From an uncultured Bacteroidales bacterium (GTDB lineage Bacteria > Bacteroidota > Bacteroidia > Bacteroidales > VadinHA17): a stretch of 64,000 bases of DNA. The position numbers were made by a program, and so were the translations under genes. Below, one piece after another: positions 10,823 through 20,786 of the stretch. The stretch is taken from assembly GCA_963844935.1 (NCBI GenBank), contig CAWJQH010000004.1, positions 236,307 to 300,306 on the forward strand. The letters are read 5' to 3'. Under the pieces are notes generated by a model, which did not search any database, was not told the origin of the DNA, and saw only the letters and a program-made list of their open reading frames with translations. How positions within the stretch are numbered: the first letter of the stretch is position 1; every line of letters starts with the position of its first letter.

Positions 10823-12247
10823 ATGGGTGATATAACAGGATTTTTAAAGATCAAAAGAAAAGAAGCAGGAAACAGGCCTGTTGTGGAGAGGGTATGCGAT
10901 TTCAGCGAGGTGGAACAGATACTGAACAGTGAAGACCGGATGCTGCAGGCTGCCAGGTGCATGGATTGCGGAGTCCCATTCTGCCACTGGGGCTGCCCTG
11001 TCGATAACTTAATTCCTGAATGGAATGACTTGCTGTTCAGGGGAGACTGGAAAGGCGCTTATAAAAGACTGAACGCCACAAATAATTTTCCCGAGTTTAC
11101 GGGAAGAATATGTCCCGCACCCTGTGAACATGCATGTGTTCTGAATATTCAGCAGGAGCCTGTCACCATTCGTGAAAATGAAGTGGCAATAACCGAAAGG
11201 GCATTTTCCGAAGGATACATAAAACCTGTACCTCCCCAAAGCAGGACCGGTAAAAAAGTTGCTGTGATAGGCAGTGGCCCGTCCGGTATGGCAGCAGCTG
11301 ATTTGCTTAATAAGGCCGGACACGAAGTGACTCTTTTTGAGAAGGCAGCCAGGGCAGGAGGGTTGCTCAGGTACGGTGTCCCGGATTTCAAGCTCAGCAA
11401 GACAACAATTGACCGGAGACTGGACATAATGGTGAAAGAAGGTCTGACTGTCAGAACCAATGTCAATATCGGAAAGGATATCCCAATTCAGGACATTATA
11501 GACCAAAATGATGCCGTTTGTATTGCCACAGGCGCCTCTCAGCCGCGGGACCTCATAGTTGAAGGCAGGGATCTGAACGGAATACATTTCGCTCTTGATT
11601 TTCTGGTTGCACAGAATAAGATAAACGGGGGAGAAGACTCCGGTACTGCAGAACCTGTCAATGCAAGAGATAAAAGAGTGGTGGTTATCGGGGGAGGCGA
11701 TACCGGCTCTGACTGCGTGGGAACAGCTATTCGCCAGAAGGCCTCGAAGGTCATTCAGGTCGAGATCTTGCCAAAACCGCCTTTGGACAGAAATCCTGAC
11801 AATCCCTGGCCCTTTTATGCCAGGGTAATGAAGACGACAACTTCCCATGAAGAGGGATGTGAAAGGATTTGGTCTTTATCCACGGTGAGATTTACAGGTA
11901 ATGACGGCTCTGTCACCGGAGTTGAGGTGGAAAATGTGGAATGGACAAACGAAGGGTCAGGGTATTCAATGAAAGTCATTGACGGTACACGCAGAATAAT
12001 TGATGCCGACCTGGTGTTGCTGGCCCTCGGCTTTGTTCACCCGGCTAGAGACAGGCTCTTTAAGGATATTGACGTCAGGCCCGGTGGGAGATACAAAGCC
12101 GGAACAGGCCAGGGTCACGACACAGACCTCAAAAAAGTATTTACAGCCGGAGATGCCGTAAACGGGGCCAGCCTGGTTGTTTACGCGATTGCATCCGGCA
12201 GGAGTGTCGCCGCAGAGATTGACCGGTTTCTGAAAGGGCAGGTTTGA
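10823..12247 (+). CDS. gltD: glutamate synthase small subunit (NADPH)
   Basis: Fe-S Cys cluster CMDCGVPFCHWGCP. Dinucleotide folds VAVIGSGPSGMAAA and VVVIGGGDTGSD. ATG at 10823 (MGDITGFLK..). Confidence 0.93.
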   Translation: MGDITGFLKIKRKEAGNRPVVERVCDFSEVEQILNSEDRMLQAARCMDCGVPFCHWGCPVDNLIPEWNDLLFRGDWKGAYKRLNATNNFPEFTGRICPAPCEHACVLNIQQEPVTIRENEVAITERAFSEGYIKPVPPQSRTGKKVAVIGSGPSGMAAADLLNKAGHEVTLFEKAARAGGLLRYGVPDFKLSKTTIDRRLDIMVKEGLTVRTNVNIGKDIPIQDIIDQNDAVCIATGASQPRDLIVEGRDLNGIHFALDFLVAQNKINGGEDSGTAEPVNARDKRVVVIGGGDTGSDCVGTAIRQKASKVIQVEILPKPPLDRNPDNPWPFYARVMKTTTSHEEGCERIWSLSTVRFTGNDGSVTGVEVENVEWTNEGSGYSMKVIDGTRRIIDADLVLLALGFVHPARDRLFKDIDVRPGGRYKAGTGQGHDTDLKKVFTAGDAVNGASLVVYAIASGRSVAAEIDRFLKGQV

Positions 12248-12331
12248 CTTCAGTCTTCAGTCTTCAGTCCACAGTCCTCAGTATTTGACGATTGCCGACT
12301 GCTGACTGCCGATTGCTGACTGCCGACTGCC
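12248..12331. repeat. phased heptamer quasi-repeat array (12 x 7 nt) starting on the nucleotide after the gltD stop
   Basis: CTTCAGT x3, CCACAGT, CCTCAGT, a 7-nt spacer ATTTGAC, then GATTGCC GACTGCT GACTGCC GATTGCT GACTGCC GACTGCC. Confidence 0.85.
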
Positions 12332-12417
12332 TCATTTACCTTGCACATTTTTCCCGTATTCTTTTATCTATCTTTGATAATCTCAACAATGGAAGTCGTA
12401 AAACCAACCTGGAGGAA

Positions 12418-12841
12418 ATGGAAACACCGTTACTGAATGATCCGCAGATTTTCCCTGACGAAGAGATCCTGAAAAACGTTCTGGGTGAAAGCTATAAGGC
12501 ATATGCGGAGATGATAAAGTTAATTACCGGCCCCGGATACGAACTTGTACCACAATGGCACTATTACAAGGACGGGAAGGCATGGTTATGCAAAGTAGGA
12601 TTTAAGAAAAAGACAGTTTTCTGGTTATCGGTGTGGGACGGGTATTTCAAGGCAGGATTTTATTTCGTTGGAAAGACACTGCCCGGGAGTGCTTATGCTT
12701 GACATTGATAAAAGTATCAGGGAAGAATTCAAATCAAAAAAACCGTTTGGCACCCTGTTCCCCCTGGCAATTACCATTACCTCAAAAGAGCAGATAAAGG
12801 ATCTTCTCGCCGTAATTGAGTATAAAAAGAGCCTGAAATGA
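12418..12841 (+). pseudogene. DUF3788-like small protein, one frame break
   Basis: METPLLNDPQIFPDEEILKNVLGESYKAY..WHYYKDGKAWLCKV..FYFVGKTLPG continues in the +1 frame as (V)LMLDIDKSIREEFKSKKPFGTLFPLAITITSKEQIKDLLAVIEYKKSLK*. The switch is in CCCGGG at 12682-12687. The family name is from memory of the sequence pattern. Confidence 0.5.
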
Positions 12842-12858
12842 GCAAACGGCATGTAGCC

Positions 12859-12886
12859 CCATGCCTGCTTGCTCCGTGCCCCATGC
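12859..12886. repeat. short heptamer array (CCATGCC TGCTTGC TCCGTGC CCATGCC)
   Basis: Four phased 7-mers between two convergent stop codons. CCATGCC is the reverse complement of the GGCATGG units at 42.33 kb. Confidence 0.6.
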
Positions 12887-12891
12887 CAGTA

Positions 12892-13893
12892 TTACCTATT
12901 ACTGAATACCGCTTTCAGGCCAAGATAAACAGCCGGCATTTCCTTTCCAAAAGCGCTCTCATACACTTCCATCGCAGCTCCCAGGGCTGGCGCATCATTA
13001 ATTCCAGAGGTGAACACCCTTTTGTCAGGCAACCGTGCGGCAAGCAAACGGACAAAAGTGTCATTCCGTGAAAACCCTCCCGTAATATAAACCACCTCCG
13101 TTTTATCATCGGACGGAAGTATCAGTCTCAGGGATTCCATGCAGATATCAACCAGGTCGAACATCATCTGGTGATAAGCGTCAGCGAAGGTCAGGAATTG
13201 AGACATTTCCACTTCATTATCGACATAATCAGCGGGTATTCCTTTTCGGAAAAATACCCTGCCTTGTTTATTCGCGAACAACTTCCATATCTTTAAGTCA
13301 CTGATCTTTATTGTTTTGTATAATTCATCCTTAATACCGAAATACCCGTTTAGTCTTTCAGTGTTCTTATCGTGAACAGGACCCAGAAGCAAACGTGATG
13401 ACATCACCTGGCCCTGATTGACGCTCATGTAACACGAAGTGTCGTTTCGCAGTTGTTCCGCTGTCAGAGGCCCGGTATTGAACGGATTCAAAAAAATACA
13501 CCATGTGCCGGTGGCGATAAGGATGAACTGCTCTTTTGTGCCTTTAAGGTAAGGAACCAGCGCTGCATAGCCCTGAGGTATTCCGCTACCCGTTTTAATG
13601 TCATATCCTGCACCTGTTGCATACGGAATTATCTTATTGCTGAATTGCTCCATGCTTCCTTCGCAGGCAGTGAAGTCCAGCGCTTTAATGATATATTTTC
13701 CGTCTTTGACAACCGCTGCGAGGCATGATCTCATCCATGCCTCAATAGCTTCGACCCCATCGCGGCCAAAGCCGTCATCACCAGATACCTCGCCATGAAT
13801 CTTCTCTTCTGAATGGATTACGTTAAGCCATGGATCAAAAAGAAGAAACTTCTGTTTGGTCTTGCCGATATCAAATATTGCTATCACTTCCAT
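12892..13893 (-). CDS. FGGY-family carbohydrate kinase-like protein (short)
   Basis: N-terminus MEVIAIFDIGKTKQKFLLFD (actin-fold phosphate-1 type). ATGTWCIFLNPFN. C-terminus VVYITGGFSRNDTFVRLLAARLP..NDAPALGAAM. Confidence 0.6.
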   Translation of the reverse strand: MEVIAIFDIGKTKQKFLLFDPWLNVIHSEEKIHGEVSGDDGFGRDGVEAIEAWMRSCLAAVVKDGKYIIKALDFTACEGSMEQFSNKIIPYATGAGYDIKTGSGIPQGYAALVPYLKGTKEQFILIATGTWCIFLNPFNTGPLTAEQLRNDTSCYMSVNQGQVMSSRLLLGPVHDKNTERLNGYFGIKDELYKTIKISDLKIWKLFANKQGRVFFRKGIPADYVDNEVEMSQFLTFADAYHQMMFDLVDICMESLRLILPSDDKTEVVYITGGFSRNDTFVRLLAARLPDKRVFTSGINDAPALGAAMEVYESAFGKEMPAVYLGLKAVFSNR

Positions 13894-14022
13894 TGGAGGA
13901 CCTTCATCTTCAATTATCAAATATAACGATTGATCAGGACAAGAAAGCCAATCTAAAGGCATGATCGTCTTTGTTCAAATGTCCAATATTACCTACCTTC
14001 ATCCCTTCAAACGCACTGAACA

Positions 14023-14559
14023 ATGAACTGGATTGACTTTGTGATTATCGCCCTGCTTGCATTCGGACTGATACAGGGTTTCATCGACGGACTGATTATC
14101 GAGATTGCAAAGCTGGCGGCACTTATACTGGGTATATGGGGAGCCATACATTTTTCGGGCTGGACAGCAGACAAACTCTCCGGGTGGTTTGATATGCAGA
14201 GCAGCTGGACAGGCATTGCAGCCTTTGCGATCACTTTTGTTGTCATTGTCCTGTGTATAAACCTGCTCGGCAGGCTGCTGGATACAATTGTTAAATCGGT
14301 CTCACTGGGCTTCGTGGTGAAATCGCTGGGCGCCGTCTTCGGAGTGATAAAGACAGCCCTGATCCTGAGCGTCATTTTCGTTTTTCTAAATACTGTAGAC
14401 GAGAAAAAACACTTTTTGCCTTCCGCCACAATAGAAAGGTCATTTCTGTATAATCCGATCGCTGATATAATTCCGGCAATCTTCCCGATATTGGAGGGTG
14501 GCGACCTGCTTGACAGCTTCAACCGCCATAAAAAGAAACCGCAGCCGATAACCATCTGA
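14023..14559 (+). CDS. cvpA: CvpA-family membrane protein
   Basis: [41 protein letters not shown].., four TM helices, 178 aa. Confidence 0.8.
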   Translation: MNWIDFVIIALLAFGLIQGFIDGLIIEIAKLAALILGIWGAIHFSGWTADKLSGWFDMQSSWTGIAAFAITFVVIVLCINLLGRLLDTIVKSVSLGFVVKSLGAVFGVIKTALILSVIFVFLNTVDEKKHFLPSATIERSFLYNPIADIIPAIFPILEGGDLLDSFNRHKKKPQPITI

Positions 14560-14569
14560 CCGGTTTTGA

Positions 14570-14577
14570 TATCTTTG
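14570..14577 (+). promoter_or_regulatory. -7 box TATCTTTG (TAnnTTTG)
   Basis: Exact consensus match 24 nt upstream of the tyrS ATG. Confidence 0.45.
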
Positions 14578-14600
14578 CGACACTGAATTTTGAGCCGCCG

Positions 14601-15897
14601 ATGATGAACTTTGTCGAAGAACTGAAATGGAGGGGAATGATACATGACATCATGCCCGGAACAGAGGAATTTCTGCTGAAGGAAAAGAGTGCTGCCTACG
14701 TAGGATTCGACCCCACAGCTGATTCCCTGCATATCGGACACCTCGTGGGGGTGATGATGCTGAGACACCTTCAGAATGCCGGCCACAGGCCAATAGTACT
14801 TATCGGAGGCGCCACGGGAATGATTGGCGACCCGTCCGGGAAGTCGGAGGAACGTAACCTCCTTGATGAGCAGACGCTGCACCGTAACCAGGAGGGGATG
14901 AAAAAACAGTTCGAGAAATTCCTCGACTTCGGATCAGCTTCCCCAAACAGGGCCATTATGGTCAATAATTATGACTGGATGAGGGAGTATTCCTTCCTTG
15001 GCTTTATCCGGGACATCGGAAAGCACATCACAGTCAATTATATGATGGCGAAAGAACTCCGTGAAGAAAAGACTCGACTCCGATACCGGCCAGGGGATGT
15101 CATTTACAGAGTTTTCATATCAGCTGGTACAGGGTACCGATTTCCTTTATCTCTACAATACATATGGCTGCAAGCTGCAGATGGGCGGCTCTGACCAGTG
15201 GGGCAACATCGTGACAGGCACCGAACTTATCAGGCGCAAGACCGGAGGAGAAGCATATGCCATGACATGCCCGCTGATAACCAAAAGCGACGGACAGAAA
15301 TTCGGCAAGACCGAGACAGGCAATGTGTGGCTTGACCCGGAGAAGACAACACCCTACCAGTTTTACCAGTTCTGGCTGAATGTGGCGGACGACGATGCGG
15401 AGAAGTTTATTAAGATCTTCACCATGCTGTCGCACAGCGAAATAGATGAGCTGGTGAGTGCCCACCGTGCTGAACCCCATCTGCGCATCCTGCAGAAACG
15501 GCTGGCAGAGGAGGTGACAGTTATGGCACACTCAAGGGAAGAGTATGAAGGAGCCGTGGAAGCTTCCCAGATACTTTTCGGAAAGGGAACGACAGAGCAA
15601 CTGCAGCGCATGGAGGAAAACACCTTCCTTGCCGTCTTCGAGGGCGTGCCGATGTATGACATAAACCCAGGCATGCTTTCCGCCGGAGTGACAATCTCAG
15701 ACCTCTGCGCCGTGCACACAAAAATCACTGAATCAAAGGGAGAGTTCAGGCGCCTGGTGCAGGGCGGCGGGGTCAGCCTCAACAAGGAAAAAATTGACGA
15801 TCCGGAGCTTATAATCACACCGGACAAACTGCTGAATAATAAATACCTGCTGCTCCAGAAAGGTAAAAAGAGCTATTATCTTATCAGGGTCATTTAA
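14601..15897 (+). pseudogene. tyrS: tyrosine--tRNA ligase, reading frame broken once as assembled
   Basis: The HIGH motif (SLHIGHLV) is in ORF 14601..15194. KFGKT (KMSKS-type), GGSDQWGNI and the S4-like C-terminus are in ORF 15061..15897. Junction is ..NYMMAKE | (S)[22 protein letters not shown], consistent with one extra base near 15057. Confidence 0.9.
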
Positions 15898-15914
15898 ATA
15901 TAAAACCGGACGAG

Positions 15915-16802
15915 ATGAAGAGTAACATAAAAGCTGAATTCAAGCCGGACTCCATTGATCTGATAAATTTTATTATCAGCCATTTCAGGGTATTTCTTGT
16001 CACCGGAATTCTTGCAGCAGTAATGTCCGCAGTGATCTCGCTGCTCATAAAACCCCTGTATGAATCAACGGTGATCCTCTATCCTTCATCGAACATTACA
16101 GAGGCACGTACCCTGCTCGGTGAGGCTTCCTCCAAGACAACCCTCTTCGGTGACGATGATGCCACCGAGAAACTGCTGCAGGTGATCAGCAGCGAGCAGG
16201 TCAGGGATTACCTGAAGATGAAGTATAGCCTTGCAGATCATTATAATATCAAGCCCTCTGAGAAATACCCCCAGACTCTCATAGCTGAGAAAATGGACAG
16301 GTTTATACATTCCTCCAGGACCTCATTCGGGTCAGTTGAGATCAGGGTGAGGGACCGGGACAGGGAGCTTGCATGTGCTATGGCCAATGACATGGCATCA
16401 CAGGGCGACACAATCTTCAATAAGCTTCAGCGTAATGCTGCTGCTGCCATGCTCGATGAGATAAGCAGGAGCTATGAGATGCAGGACCGTCTCGTAAGGC
16501 AGTATGAGGATTCACTCAAGAACCTGGAGGGAGCAGCAGTATTGAAGGCCTATGCCACCCTTGACACGGAAACAGAATACCTTGGACTGATAAGGGGGAG
16601 GTATCTTGAAGCACTGGCGCTGAGCCAGCAGACCCTGCCCTACACCCTTGTCGTTGACAGGGCGGTGGTGGCTGAAAAGAAAGTTTACCCGCGCAGAAGC
16701 ATTATGGTCATTGTCTCAACCCTCTCTGTCCTGGTTCTTGCAGCTTTGATACTCTTTTTGGCCGAAGGCGTGAAGGTGCACCGCACTGATGAACGGCATT
16801 GA
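15915..16802 (+). CDS. Wzz-like polysaccharide chain-length determinant domain protein
   Basis: N-terminal TM helix followed by LIKPLYESTVILYPSS, a coiled middle region and a C-terminal TM helix (IMVIVSTLSVLVLAALILFLA). Confidence 0.5.
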   Translation: MKSNIKAEFKPDSIDLINFIISHFRVFLVTGILAAVMSAVISLLIKPLYESTVILYPSSNITEARTLLGEASSKTTLFGDDDATEKLLQVISSEQVRDYLKMKYSLADHYNIKPSEKYPQTLIAEKMDRFIHSSRTSFGSVEIRVRDRDRELACAMANDMASQGDTIFNKLQRNAAAAMLDEISRSYEMQDRLVRQYEDSLKNLEGAAVLKAYATLDTETEYLGLIRGRYLEALALSQQTLPYTLVVDRAVVAEKKVYPRRSIMVIVSTLSVLVLAALILFLAEGVKVHRTDERH

Positions 16803-18156
16803 ATTACTGATATGGCTTATCCCTGCAGGCCTTGCTGTTGTCATGCTGGCCGTGCTCTCCCTGGAACATCTGTTGCTTCTGACGCTTTTCCTGACCCCTC
16901 TTTCTGTTCAGATCAGTTATCTCACGGGCAGTACGGGCTTTGATCTTTCAGTCCCTACAGAGCCGGTACTTGCATTGCTTCTTTTCATAACCCTTTTCAA
17001 GCTTATTGTCACCCGCGAGTTTTCCGCAAAGCTTCTGAGGCATCCTGTGACCGTTCTTATCGGTCTTTATCTTGTATGGACACTTGTGACCTCGGTTACA
17101 TCGACAATGCCGGGTGTCTCATTCAAGACCCTTGCCTACCGGATGTGGTTCATTGCAGGCTTCTATCTTATTGCAGCTCAGATGTTCAGCGGAGAACGCT
17201 TTCGGAGAAGATATATTATTGCATATTCAGCAGGCCTCGCTGTCGTGGTGATTTACTTCCTTGTCAGGGCAGGGGGTGCAGGATTCCTGAACCAGCAGTT
17301 CGCTCATTCAGCCTGCTATCCGTTTTATAATGATCATACATCCTTCGGAGCATCAATGGCTTTCCTTCTGGTTCCGCTTACAGTTATTCTCATCAGGAAA
17401 AGCAGCAGTTTCACTTCAAGGGTGTTCGTTTCGGGGCTTATAACTCTGTTTATGGCCGGGTTCATATTCTCGTACAGCAGGGCGGCCTGGGTGAGCCTTA
17501 TTGCAGCACTGGCGCTGTCGCTTATCCTGTGGCTCAGGATGCCAGTCAGGCTTCTCACGGTAGCAGCTGCCGGCTTTATTGTGGCAATTGTTTTATCGGC
17601 AGGATGGATATGGCAGAAGATGGACAGCACAACAGAGGATTCATCTGCTGATCTCGGCCAGCATCTCCGGTCATCATCAAATATCTCCACCGATCAGTCT
17701 AACCTTGAACGCATAAACAGGTGGAAATGCGCTTTCGGGATGTTTGAGCAAAAACCTCTGTTGGGATGGGGCCCCGGAACTTATCAGTTCAATTACGGAC
17801 CCTTCCAGAAGGCTGCTGACAGAACCATAATTAGCACTGACTTTGGCGACGCCGGCAATGCCCACAGCGAATACCTCGGCACTTTGAGCGAGTCGGGCCT
17901 GCCCGGGGCTTTGATATATCTGCTGCTCACGGCTTTCACTGTTTTTACCGGTATCAGGGTATGGTACAGGGAGAGGAGAACCTATGAAGGATATTTCGCA
18001 CTGGCCATACTCGCAGGTCTGATGACCTATGCAGTTCACGGTATCATGAACAGTTTCCTGGACAGCGACAAGATAGCAGCACTATGGTGGGGGTTTGCTG
18101 CAATACTTGTATCGATGGATATAAGGGAAAAAGAGGTGGAGACGGGAAGGTCCTGA
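16789..18156 (+). CDS. O-antigen ligase (Wzy_C) family membrane protein
   Basis: About 10 TM helices, FSYSRAAWVSL motif and periplasmic loop ..RINRWKCAFGMFEQKPLLGWGPGTY. Overlaps the upstream gene by 14 nt. Confidence 0.75.
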   Translation: MNGIELLIWLIPAGLAVVMLAVLSLEHLLLLTLFLTPLSVQISYLTGSTGFDLSVPTEPVLALLLFITLFKLIVTREFSAKLLRHPVTVLIGLYLVWTLVTSVTSTMPGVSFKTLAYRMWFIAGFYLIAAQMFSGERFRRRYIIAYSAGLAVVVIYFLVRAGGAGFLNQQFAHSACYPFYNDHTSFGASMAFLLVPLTVILIRKSSSFTSRVFVSGLITLFMAGFIFSYSRAAWVSLIAALALSLILWLRMPVRLLTVAAAGFIVAIVLSAGWIWQKMDSTTEDSSADLGQHLRSSSNISTDQSNLERINRWKCAFGMFEQKPLLGWGPGTYQFNYGPFQKAADRTIISTDFGDAGNAHSEYLGTLSESGLPGALIYLLLTAFTVFTGIRVWYRERRTYEGYFALAILAGLMTYAVHGIMNSFLDSDKIAALWWGFAAILVSMDIREKEVETGRS

Positions 18157-18165
18157 TGCTGCCGT

Positions 18166-19395
18166 TTACAATATTTCCAGGGCAAGTATTGAAACATCAT
18201 CGAAAAGGTCAGGATTCCCGGCACGGATATCCAGTTCATCTATCAGTGCGGCAATATTTTCCGAGATGGGCCTGGAATTCGGGAAGTGTTTTACAACTGT
18301 TGAAGCTCCGATGAAATTCCCGTTGTCGTCTGTCAGTTCCGAGAGACCGTCAGTATAGCAGATTATTTTTGTCGGACGGGTTATTGAGATCTTCTCCTTG
18401 CCCACCTGCGGCATTTCATCCAGCATCCCCACGCCGACGCATGACTGCCTCAGCATTGAGGAAGTGCCTGACATGATATCTATTATAATTGGCGGGGTAT
18501 GGGCTGCATTGACATATTCAAGCACTCTCGTTTTCATGTTGAACCGTGCGATGAAGAGAGTTATAAAACATTCCCCCGACGAGTTTAATACAACAACAGT
18601 ATTCAGCCTGCGCAGCAGAACTTCAAGATCGACATTGGCAGTGAATAGCACTCTCAGGCTGGCCTGGAAGTTTGACATCAGAAGAGCGGCTGACATACCC
18701 TTTCCGGACACATCAGCAATACAGAACCCCACTGTTGTGTCAGACAAGGTGAGGAAATCATAATAATCTCCTCCGACCTCATAATGCGGGATATAAAATC
18801 CCTGGACCCTGATCTTGTTGTCTGCCGGCAGCTTTTTGTTGTCAGGGATGAGCATCATCTGCATGCGGGCTGCCAGTTCAAGCTCTTTGCGCAGGGCTTC
18901 CTGGCGGAGGCTCTCCCTGAACAACCGCTGGTTCTCAATGGCAACCACTATTATGCTTGATATTGTCTGTATGAAGTTCAGGTGTTTGACCACCGGGCTC
19001 ATTCCCTCGCCTTCCTCGTCAATATCCCCGATCAGCACATAAGCCGTCCGGATATTGTTGTTCATGACAGGAATGATTATATCAACAGCTTCAAAAGGCT
19101 TTGTATTCACTTCGGTGGTGATCTCTGTATAACGTTTGAGATCACGCTCTACATCTATTTTTTTCTTAAGGTTATCCGGGAAGCCGGAGTTGAGCAGCGC
19201 TTCCCACTTCTCGCCGTATTTGAATAACAGAAGCTTGCCTATGCCCAGATCCTCGCGCAGGATAGTCTCGTACTTCCTCAGGAGTTCGGCTGTCGGGAGG
19301 TTCGCATTGATTGAAAGGGTGATATCGAGCAGGGCGTCGAGTTTGAATTTCGACATCTTAAGCCTGTCCTTGGGAAGCCTGCTCTCATCCATCAC
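18166..19395 (-). CDS. GAF-domain PP2C/SpoIIE-family serine phosphatase (RsbU/SiaA-like)
   Basis: C-terminal half has GGDYYDF, CIADVSGKGMSAALLMSNF and YTDGLSE. The N-terminal ~170 aa is GAF-like. Confidence 0.8.
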   Translation of the reverse strand: MMDESRLPKDRLKMSKFKLDALLDITLSINANLPTAELLRKYETILREDLGIGKLLLFKYGEKWEALLNSGFPDNLKKKIDVERDLKRYTEITTEVNTKPFEAVDIIIPVMNNNIRTAYVLIGDIDEEGEGMSPVVKHLNFIQTISSIIVVAIENQRLFRESLRQEALRKELELAARMQMMLIPDNKKLPADNKIRVQGFYIPHYEVGGDYYDFLTLSDTTVGFCIADVSGKGMSAALLMSNFQASLRVLFTANVDLEVLLRRLNTVVVLNSSGECFITLFIARFNMKTRVLEYVNAAHTPPIIIDIMSGTSSMLRQSCVGVGMLDEMPQVGKEKISITRPTKIICYTDGLSELTDDNGNFIGASTVVKHFPNSRPISENIAALIDELDIRAGNPDLFDDVSILALEIL

Positions 19396-19402
19396 TGCAG
19401 CG

Positions 19403-19969
19403 TCAGCCCTTGACTCTCTCTATGTATGAACGGTCTCGTGTATCGATGCGGATCTTGTCACCCACGTTCACAAAGAGAGGTACCATAATTGTCGAACCGT
19501 TCTCTATCGTGGCCGGCTTAAGGGTGTTGGTGGCGGTGTCGCCGCGAAGTCCGGGCTCGGAATAGGTCACTTCCATGACCACATTGACAGGGAGGTCAAC
19601 AAGAAGAACGTTCTCGGTATCGGCATGAACCACCACTTCAACTATTGCGCCTTCCTTCAGAAGATCGCTGTTGTCGAGCATTGACTCCTGCACCGTGATC
19701 TGTTCAAATGTCTCGGTATGCATAAGATGATACCCCATATCATCTTTGTACAGATACTGATAGGGTCTTCTCTCCACGCGTGCCACATTTACCTTTGTGC
19801 CCGAGCTGAATGTGTTGTCAAGAACCCTGCCGGTTGTGACATTCCTGAGTTTGGTGCGTACGAAGGCCGGTCCCTTGCCCGGCTTGACATGCTGAAACTG
19901 TATTATCGCATACAGGTCATTATTGTATTCAATTACCAGTCCGTTTCTGAAATCTGCCGTTGTTGCCAT
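19403..19969 (-). CDS. efp: elongation factor P
   Basis: [43 protein letters not shown].., 188 aa. Confidence 0.95.
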   Translation of the reverse strand: MATTADFRNGLVIEYNNDLYAIIQFQHVKPGKGPAFVRTKLRNVTTGRVLDNTFSSGTKVNVARVERRPYQYLYKDDMGYHLMHTETFEQITVQESMLDNSDLLKEGAIVEVVVHADTENVLLVDLPVNVVMEVTYSEPGLRGDTATNTLKPATIENGSTIMVPLFVNVGDKIRIDTRDRSYIERVKG

Positions 19970-19991
19970 ATAAAAATTAAAATTTCCTGTG

Positions 19992-20771
19992 TTACTTAAT
20001 AAAATTCAGTGGCTTTCCAAGCCCTTCACTCTTTACCATTTCCACGTGAAATGACCCCACAAAGATATCAAATCGGATTTTAACCGGTAAAAAATTTTCA
20101 TCGGCGCTGAACCACATCACCATATCTTCCTCTGTCTCGAAGACCCGCCCCACCTCTGTGACTGGGTTAAACCTGTAACACATTATCTTTCCGTCCTTGA
20201 TCTTAACTGTCTCCATTCCGGTGTATTTCAGGACGATAGGGTAGAGTTCATCGCCAAACCATGTGGTCATCTCAAAGACCTCTCCGGGAACAAGGGTGTC
20301 AGCCCTGGCCAGGTGGTATTTCCGGAACCAGTAAAAGCATGAAACAATGTCAAGCAGCCCTTTTGGTGCGGTATGGTTCCCCGAGCGGTCGCTGAACACC
20401 AGTGTTGAATCGCTCCGGGATGTCTGGTCAAAAGCCACTTCATTGTACATTTTGTAGTGTCCCTCCAGGATGTTTCTTATCGAGAAGACAGGAAGATCTG
20501 TTTCAGGATTTATGTAACTCTCATAAGTGTCCCTTACATGATAAAGGGCATCGGCGATGCCTGTTGTCTGTCCGGTGACTGTTGCGTGCCATACCGGTTC
20601 TCCCTTGTAGAAACCGTCTTTTATTTCAAGGACAGCGCGTCCGCTGCCGACGGGACCGTATTTAATCTGATAAAAGACTTTCTCCCCCGGCATATATGGC
20701 TGTGGCTGGGCGGAAACCCATTGCGCCGCAATGGATAATATTATCAGTATTGCCGGTATAAATTTTCTCAT
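19992..20771 (-). CDS. DUF3108-like secreted protein
   Basis: Signal peptide [22 protein letters not shown]. Pattern ..[17 protein letters not shown].. typical of the family (from memory). Confidence 0.5.
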   Translation of the reverse strand: MRKFIPAILIILSIAAQWVSAQPQPYMPGEKVFYQIKYGPVGSGRAVLEIKDGFYKGEPVWHATVTGQTTGIADALYHVRDTYESYINPETDLPVFSIRNILEGHYKMYNEVAFDQTSRSDSTLVFSDRSGNHTAPKGLLDIVSCFYWFRKYHLARADTLVPGEVFEMTTWFGDELYPIVLKYTGMETVKIKDGKIMCYRFNPVTEVGRVFETEEDMVMWFSADENFLPVKIRFDIFVGSFHVEMVKSEGLGKPLNFIK

Positions 20772-20786
20772 CTCTAAATATTTTTT

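Noticed and set aside
11009-11848. 279-aa minus-strand ORF inside gltD (similar antisense ORFs at 9524..10063 and 10344..10736 in gltB)
   Set aside because: These are antisense shadow ORFs of highly conserved genes, with Cys/Ser/Arg-rich nonsense composition.
12248-12331. Possibility that the short tandem arrays (also 42306-42425 and 43845-43882) are CRISPR arrays
   Set aside because: The units are 7-8 nt with no spacers, far too short for CRISPR, and no cas genes are present.
12292-12417. N-terminal extension of the DUF3788-like ORF (MPTADCRLLTADC..)
   Set aside because: The extension is simply the heptamer array read as protein. The conserved protein starts at ATG 12418.
14007-14882. 291-aa minus-strand ORF
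   Set aside because: It lies entirely antisense to the well-supported cvpA and tyrS genes, its composition is odd, and no motifs are recognisable.
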